Origin: Eledone cirrhosa
Taxonomy: Eukaryota
NCBI GenBank assembly: GCA_964016885.1
Contig: OZ024740.1
Location: 333,002,001-333,066,000 of the forward strand
Direction: 5' to 3'
DNA length: 64,000 nt
The notes below the pieces were generated by a model, which saw only the letters and a list, made by a program, of their open reading frames with translations, made no database searches and was not told the DNA's origin. Positions 57,077-64,000 of this stretch are shown here, one piece after another; the stretch's first letter is position 1, and the number at the start of each line of letters is the position of its first letter. The translations under genes and the position numbers were made by a program.

Positions 57077-57295
57077 AGTATAGGGGAACGAATAAATGAA
57101 CACTGGCGAGACCTCCAAGATAGTAAAGAATCATCTGTGCTCTACCAACATGCTAAGATAGAACACAGGGGTAAATTAGAGAGCATAGAAATAAAAATAG
57201 AATCCACACACAAGAAAGACGCAATGTTTAGGCAAATTACAGAGGCAGTAAGCATAAAAGAATTAAAACCAAAATTAAATAGAAAATATGAGTGA
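57077..57295 (+). pseudogene. PLE GIY-YIG endonuclease C-terminal half (no start codon, so absent from the ORF track)
   Basis: SIGERINEHWRDL..KESSVLYQHAKIEH..HKKDAMFRQITEAVSIKELKPKLNRKYE*. Shows the conserved R..EH, H..H, E and LN residues. Confidence 0.85.
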
Positions 57296-57619
57296 AACAG
57301 CAACATCACAACTTACAATTAAGGACAAAATGAAAACACACACACACATAGAACAAACAACTTACAATTGAAAACACACACAAAATGAAAACACACACAA
57401 GACAAAATGAAAACACACACACACATAGAACAAACAACCAACCAACAATAAATAAATAAATAAACAAACAAATATAAATAGAAAAATAGAAAAATGAACA
57501 CAAACACACACAGACACCCGGATGTGGCGCATGCGCAAACTGAGCACGCAACCCACACACAAACAAAATGGCGTAGGATAGAAGAAAGGAAAGGCACAGA
57601 AACGAAGAAAGAAATCCCC

Positions 57620-57664
57620 AGTCACTGAAGAGGTCACAGAGTGTGTGACGAAAGAACTATGACT
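57620..57664 (+). ncRNA. Minimal type I hammerhead motif
   Basis: AGTCA-CTGAAGA-G-GTCACA(GAGTG)TGTGAC-GAAA-GAAC-TA-TGACT. Perfect 5-bp stem I, 6-bp stem II with one extra G, CUA triplet. Confidence 0.65.
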
Positions 57665-57815
57665 ATATATATATAAACAACTATCTGGTTGTGGAACCAA
57701 CCAACCAACCAGAAATTTATAAATTTGTAAATTTATAAATATATATTAAATTAAATTGAAGTGAAAGCAACTGGTGCGTGTGTTTCTTATTGGCAACATG
57801 ACCCTCCCAAAGTAT

Positions 57816-57854
<39 letters not shown>

Positions 57855-58004
57855 ATATAAAGCGGAAAGACACAGAAGAGAGTGTTTTTCATTACAGAAA
57901 TTTCAAACCACCAGGGTGAAGAGAATATAAGCTACTAGAGGCATTGGTAAAACATTAACATTAAAAATATAAATTGAAATCAGAAACCATCCCCACCTAA
58001 ATCA

Positions 58005-58082
58005 CACATGTACACACTCACCAGGAGCATGTTTCGCCATTTTAGTAGGTTCCAATACGGCCCGGTGGGTCATCAGCATGTG
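58005..58082 (-). ncRNA. Type I hammerhead motif (inverted copy)
   Basis: The reverse complement has intact CTGATGA, GAAA and GTA with stems I and III. Confidence 0.62.
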
Positions 58083-58241
58083 GAAGGCCGATATTGGCCG
58101 CACTACTAGGCTGCCATTTCTAGCAGCTTGTTCTGTTCATGCCACCGGTTACTGCCCCGCGCACGCACTTCTCTTATGTCTACACGTGCGAAGGGTGGTT
58201 TATTTTAGTTCTCTCTAGTAGTGCGGACAATATCGACCTTC

Positions 58242-58319
58242 CACATGCTGATGACCCACCGGGCCGTATTGGAACCCACTAAACTGGCGAAACATGCTCC
58301 TGGTGAGTGTGTACATGTG
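58242..58319 (+). ncRNA. Type I hammerhead motif with long stem III
   Basis: Stem I CACATG/CATGTG; CTGATGA; stem II C-CCA..TGG-C; GAAA; 8-bp stem III ACATGCTC(CTGGT)GAGTGTGT; GUA triplet. The 10.1-11.1 pair is a non-canonical C/C. Confidence 0.65.
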
Positions 58320-59056
58320 TGATTTAGGTGAGGATGGTTTCTCATTTCAATTTATACTTTTAATTTTAATGTTTACCAATGCCTCTAGCAGCTTATATTC
58401 TCTTCACACTAGTGGTTTGAAATTCCTGTATGGAAAAACACACTCTTTTGTGTCTTTCACCTCTATATATTGTAATTTAAAGTGGCCAGGAAAACTATTT
58501 CCTTTGAGCTCATTTAATTACAGGATTATATGCGAGTTCTTTGCTCCGTTATTTTTACTTGATATTTGCTCCTTGCGCTCTCTCTGCTGTTGAGCACCAT
58601 AAATTGAATAGGTATAGGCTGCCATTTGTAGCAGCTTGTTCTGTTCATGCCACCGGTTACTGTCCCACGCATGCATTTCTCTTATGTCTACAGGGGGGAA
58701 GAGTGATTTATTTTAGTTCTCTCTAGTAGTGGGAACAATATCGGCCTTCCACATGCTCATGACCTATCGGGCCGTATTGGAACCAACTAAAATGGCGAAA
58801 CATGCTCCTGTTGAGTGTGTACATGTGTGATTTAGACGAGGATGTTTTTCTCATTTCAATTTATACTTTTAATTTTAATGTTTTACCAATGCCTCTAGTA
58901 ACTTATATACTCTTCACAGTGGTGGTTTGAAATTCCTGTAATGAAAAACACACACTTCTGTGTTTTTGCTCTCTATATATAGTTTTTTAAAGTGCCCTGG
59001 AAAACTATTTGCATTGAGCTCACTTAATTACAGGATTATACGCGAGTCATTTGCTC

Positions 59057-59360
59057 ATTTCACTCCAACTAATTAGTTTCTGAAAGGGAATAAACATTGT
59101 TTCCGAATGGAACACAGGGAGAAGGCCTTTCGTCATCAGGAAAGTCTATTCTCAGCCAAATTCCCAGGCAATGCGTGGACACAGGGAACTTATACAAAAA
59201 TAATTCAGTGGATGGAAAAAAGCAAAGCGTGGACTAAGTTCCAAGACATTGAAAATCTTAGCTGAGAATAGACTTCCCTGATGACGAAAGGCCTTCTCCA
59301 TGTGTTCCATTCGGAAACCATGTTTATTCCCTTTCAGAAACTAATTAGTTGGAGTGAAAT
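59057..59360. repeat. ~100-bp inverted repeat carrying an HHR-like motif in each arm
   Basis: 59057-59157 / 59261-59360 are reverse complements. Right arm: ACTTCC-CTGATGA-CGAAAGG..CCTTTCA-GAAA-CTAATTAG-TT-GGAGT. Confidence 0.8.
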
Positions 59361-59568
59361 TGTAGTAAGTAAGTTAATTTTTATAATTTTCTTATTTTAC
59401 GTCTTTCATATAATTGCTCTTCATCCTCTTGCATTGAACCACAAAGTTACTAAGACAAAACCTATATATTTGCTAGCATAGGTATGCATCTGTATATATA
59501 TGTTGGTAGATATAATAATTCTTTATATATATATATATAGTTATGTAATAAACAACATAAGGCAATTA

Positions 59569-59628
59569 TTCCATTTACCAGTGGTTTCTTAAAAGCAAAG
59601 GATTTTGCTTTCAATCCTCAGAATGAAA
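59569..59628 (-). ncRNA. Type I hammerhead ribozyme motif (GUA)
   Basis: Minus strand: TTTCATT-CTGAGGA-TTGAAAGCAAA(ATCC)TTTGCTTTTAA-GAAA-CC(ACT)GG-TA-AATGGAA. 7-bp stem I, 11-bp stem II, 3-bp stem III. Confidence 0.78.
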
Positions 59629-59729
59629 AAATCCTGGTCTGTTTATTGAATTTGGATTTTAAAAACAAAAATGCAATCTATATGAAAGTGAGGCTGGAGA
59701 AGGAAGAAGGAAAGGAAAAATAAAATAAA

Positions 59730-60052
59730 ACTACACATGCAAACACACACACAAAAACACGCACACTCACACACAAAAGCATACATACACACACACACAC
59801 ATATGTATATATATATACATATACATATATATATACATATACATACACTCATACATACACACACACACACATATATACACATATATATGTGTATATAAAT
59901 ACACACATACACATACATATACACATATATACATACGCACATAAATATCAAGACATCCATACATACACATACATATATACAACCACACACACATATATAC
60001 ACACATACACACATACATACACATAGAAACATAAATATAAATACATATACAT

Positions 60053-60118
<66 letters not shown>

Positions 60119-60509
60119 AATTTTGACAGCGATACGAACGGCGGGTAACTGGACAGACACGCGTGGTAAGTAATACACACAAATGCACGTATACATTCGT
60201 ACGAAATAGTAAATACATACACACACTCTCACACATAAATATACATATACAAATACATAAACACATACATACACATACACAAATACATGCACAAACACGC
60301 CCACGCACACGTATACAATTATACACACACATATACACACACATATGTATATGTAATTATATACACATACATATATATATATATATACATAAATATAAAA
60401 ATACACACACACATATATGTATACATACACACACACATATACATACATAGCTATACAATTATACACATACAAATACGTACATATCATAAACACGCACAAC
60501 CAAATACAA

Positions 60510-60562
<53 letters not shown>

Positions 60563-60600
60563 CACATACATACACACATACATGTGTGTGTGTGTAATAC
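59730..60600. repeat. Compound (CA)n/(TA)n low-complexity tract between the two HHR copies
   Basis: Seen directly. Confidence 0.93.
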
Positions 60601-60685
60601 TCAGTCTTAGATAATTCAAATGAACCTTACATATACATATATATAGTAGTAAAGTAATAAAGTAATAAGCAACATAAGGCAATTA

Positions 60686-60744
60686 TTCCATTGACCAGTG
60701 GTTTCTTAAAAGCAAAAAATGTTCCTTCAATCTTCAGAATGAAA
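60686..60744 (-). ncRNA. Type I hammerhead ribozyme motif (GUC), direct repeat of 59569-59628
   Basis: Minus strand: TTTCATT-CTGAAGA-TTGAAGG..CTTTTAA-GAAA-CC(ACT)GG-TC-AATGGAA. Confidence 0.78.
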
Positions 60745-60764
60745 AAAACCTGGTCTATCTACAT

Positions 60765-60837
<73 letters not shown>

Positions 60838-61040
60838 GATATATAGATATATACACACAAATATACATACACATACACATAAGTATGTGAAGGGCAAGGC
60901 AAAAATAATATATGGGGGGGGGGGCATAGAAAAAGGTGAAATATAAGGGGAGGTAAGGGAGAAAAAAATATATACAAGAGTACAGAACGTAGATTCAGCA
61001 AAATAAAAACCGTAGCAGAAGTAAAGAGCAGGAAAGGAGT

Positions 61041-62416
61041 TCAAGGCGGTTGATTTATCATAGGAGTGTCAATCCAGTTACAGATCAGATGCGATTTCAG
61101 ATGAGGACAGCATCTGAAGATCTCAGTCTTTGAATTAAGGCAAGCGGAAGTGATCTCAAGTTTAGCAAAATCCTATACTTTTCTGTGGTACACAAAGAAC
61201 AATTCTTTGTGCCCATTTGGTACTCCCTCGAATGGTGTAATATAGACCAATCAATAGAGTACGGGATGTTACTATCCTTGAGTTCCCACACCTCACTTGC
61301 GAGGGACGTTGATGTTCGTTTCTCGGAGTGCTTAAAAGAAGCGACATGTGAGTAAAATCTGGTTTTATACCTCTCCTGGGTCATACCGACATATCGCTCA
61401 CTCCTGGCTGGCTGGTTGTTGATTACCGGTGTTATCTTAGCCTCATAAACAACAGATTTGGTGTTACATTTACCCTGCAATGGGCATTCATCTGGCTTCC
61501 TGCAACTGCATCCTGGATTTGTTCTCGTATGGTTTGAACTGGTGATTTTGGACTTCATAGATGGGCAACAAGAGTAGCTGATCTTAACTACGTTCCTATT
61601 AAATATCTTATAATATCTATGATTAGGAGGAAAATGTTTGTCTAAGTGTTCAAGGAATTTCGTTCCTACATTAGTTTTGACAGTTAGAGAGAAGGGGTGT
61701 GAACCAAATAATCTTCCTTTTCCTGTTATTGTGGTTAGTTTTAGGGGGGGGGGAGTAGGTAAATAATAATTTTTTTCTGTAAAACCGCTGTTCTTAAGGG
61801 CTTTATTATAATAAGGGGCGGCTTTATTAAAACTGTCTATAGACGAAGATAAGGTAGAAATCTTACGGCTAATGTTAGGAATAAGATTATTAAAAACTAT
61901 AGGGGGATGGCATGACTCTTTGTGGATATACCTAAGATTTTCATTAGGTTTATGATAGGGTTTAAAAGAGGCGGTAAGTAGATCAAGATTAATATCAAGA
62001 AAGTTAGCATTAGTAAGGTTCGTATCTATAGTGATTTTAAGGTTAAGATTAGCAAAAGTATTGATTAAATCTTTACGGAATTTATCAAGGTTATGGCCGT
62101 TGGTGGTATGAGAAACTGCTAATCCGTCATCACGGTATAAACCGATATTATGGGACGGAAATTTCTCTTTGAGGGTGTGGAGAAGGAATAATCCTACTAA
62201 GTCACACACATCCGCACTGTCATATGAACCCATTGCAACATCAAAAGAGTTTTCAGGGTTTGACTTTTTAACCCAAATATTATCATTAGTAAAGAGTAAA
62301 GTTTTTCTAGCATGAAAGATAATGTCTTCTTCTAATTTAGAAATATTAATGAAGGGTCTTGCAAAATCTAAGGCATTAGTTAAAAAGGAAACAGTAATAG
62401 ATGGGTAAAAATCCAT
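61041..62416 (-). mobile_element. Penelope-like element (Hydra-clade-like), 5'-truncated RT + GIY-YIG with compensating and terminal frameshifts
   Basis: DFYPSI, FDVAMGSYDSADVCDLVGL, GLYRDDGL, NFLDI, YHKP, SCHP, CSCR..CPLQGKC, VVYEA..YVGMT, CSLCTTEK. An alternate frame ends LNSKTEIFRCCPH..PP*. Confidence 0.93.
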
Positions 62417-62481
62417 ATTAAGCTCTGTTACCTACATAGAGCACTCTTTTTTCCTGGACATTTACGACGGAATTACTTCAC

Positions 62482-62535
<54 letters not shown>

Positions 62536-62537
62536 AT

Positions 62538-63622
62538 ATGTACCGTGATGATGGTCTTTTGACCATGACTAAGTGCGGCCTTCGTGCTTGCGACAGGTTC
62601 AGAAAAGAACTCACAGCCTTCTTTAAAGGCTTCAACCTCTCTATACAGGTTGAGGCCAACCTCTCGTTCGTTAATTACCTCGACGTTACTCTCAATTTAT
62701 CGAATGGCTTGTATTACCCGTCATAAAGCCGAATGATAGGCTTAATTACATAAGTAAGCATTACAACCATCCTGCCAGCATAACCAAAACCCTGGTAAGA
62801 AACGTTTCTTTGAGGCTTTCCCGTCTATCTACTAACGAGCATATTTTCAACGACCATTCCACATATTACAATGAAGCTCTTGCTCGGAGTGGATTTTTCG
62901 ATAAGGTAGCATATACAGAGTACGAGAATAGACCTAGAAGAAATAGATCCCGACGCATTATATGGTATAACCCACCATATAATATGGAGGTGGCCACACC
63001 ATTTGCTAAGATCTTTCTATCCCTTATTACGAAGCATTTCCCCCCTACACATAAATATAGTAACATTTTTAATAGAAATACTATTAAAATTTCTTACTTT
63101 ACGACTCCTAAACTTTCACATAACATGACAGCTTCAAATTTAGCTAAACTACGTAGCCGTAGGAACACGTGCAACCCTGTAGTTAGGACTAACTGTAATT
63201 GTAGGAATCGGGTTGATTGCCCCCTATCCGGGAAATGCCTCTCTAGTAACATTGTCTACAAATGTAAGTTTGAAACACCCACGTCTTGTAGGGCCTACAT
63301 AGTGTTAACCGCCAATAAATTCAAGCAGAGTCTTTACATGCATACCCATTCTGTTCGTTACCCTCTAAGAAGGAATATCACCTCACTTTCAGCTTATATC
63401 TGGAGTCTAAAAGACAACCACATCCAATATAAGTTACACTGGGAGATCCTAGCTAGGGCTAGATCATAAAACGGAAATAAAAGACCATGTGACCTATGTG
63501 CCGCTGACACCCTGGAAATACTCTACGCAACAGACCACATCTCAAACAAAACATCTGAGGCAATTTCGGTTTGTAAACATAAATTACACAAAACTTTCCT
63601 GTATTACAGCCCCACATTATAA
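62538..63622 (+). mobile_element. Penelope-like element (Hydra-clade-like), third family, 5'-truncated at YRDD
   Basis: YRDDGL, VNYLDVTLNL, IIWYNPPY, IFNRNTIKISY, CNCRNRVDCPLSGKC, NIVYKC, CDLC..CKH. Confidence 0.92.
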
Positions 63623-64000
63623 CCTAGCGGATAGTACGATCTATACGCGGATATTTTACGTCGCGATGTGGTAGCTAAGTATATGTTATGTTTATACCAT
63701 TACTTATTTGTATAGGTAAGTATATATTACCTGTATGTTTTGTGAAGGTACGTATACTTTCTCGTACGTATATTTGATTGTATATGTTATGGCGTATATT
63801 TTTGATATATTCTGGTACATATGCTTTTGGTTATGTGTATACGTGAGTTTTGCGTCTGTGGAGTATGCGGGTTCGTACGTATGTAGGGTGAGTGTATATG
63901 TGTACTTCGCATTTTGGTTGACGTACGTCTCCGAACATTTGTGTATTTACATGTAGGTATGTGTGTGCGCTTGTTATATACGTATTTATTTATTTATATA

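Larger units (their letters stand above)
56335..57823. repeat. Near-perfect 1489-bp palindrome (743-bp arms, 3-nt spacer at 57078-57080): fold-back PLE 3' end
   Basis: Centre CCCCTA-GTA-TAGGGG. One arm mismatch noticed (GGCGATTTC vs GAAATCCCC). Each arm holds a GIY-YIG C-terminus, a low-complexity UTR and an HHR. Confidence 0.95.
57880..59056 (+). mobile_element. Non-coding HHR tandem repeat (508-nt period, ~1.9 units from 58107) with an inverted partial unit at 57880-58108; retrozyme/pseudo-LTR-like
   Basis: TAGGCTGCCATTT at 58107 and 58615. HHR motifs at 58005-58082 (-), 58242-58319 (+) and 58750-58827 (+, core mutated to CTCATGA). Confidence 0.8.

Noticed and set aside
56458-57700. Mirrored hydrophobic 86-112 aa ORFs
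   Set aside because: Antisense translations of the low-complexity PLE UTR, duplicated by the palindrome.

Overview
AT-rich animal (eukaryotic) genomic DNA with no supportable host protein-coding gene. The tRNA-derived SINEs, the CR1/SINE 3' tail and the dense (TA)n/(CA)n tracts resemble octopus repeats, so an octopod cephalopod is my inference. The window is a nested transposon graveyard. It holds an R4/Dong-type RLE retrotransposon split by a Chapaev3-type DNA transposon (CAC..GTG ends, TTA TSD), CR1, L1/Tx1 and RTE LINE relics, SINEs, MITE-like inverted repeats, and many Penelope-like elements (PLEs). Three of the PLEs are distinct C-terminal GIY-YIG elements with YRDDG-type and CxC..CPL..C motifs (Hydra-clade-like). 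The most striking signal is RNA-level and absent from the ORF track: a dense cluster of type I hammerhead ribozyme (HHR) motifs from about 5 sequence families at 50.3-60.8 kb. They are arranged as a 508-nt non-coding tandem unit (retrozyme-like), a 1117-nt microsatellite-filled tandem unit, and a near-perfect 1.49-kb palindrome. All folds were done by eye and no database searches were run. Most listed ORFs ([12 protein letters not shown]) are microsatellite artefacts.
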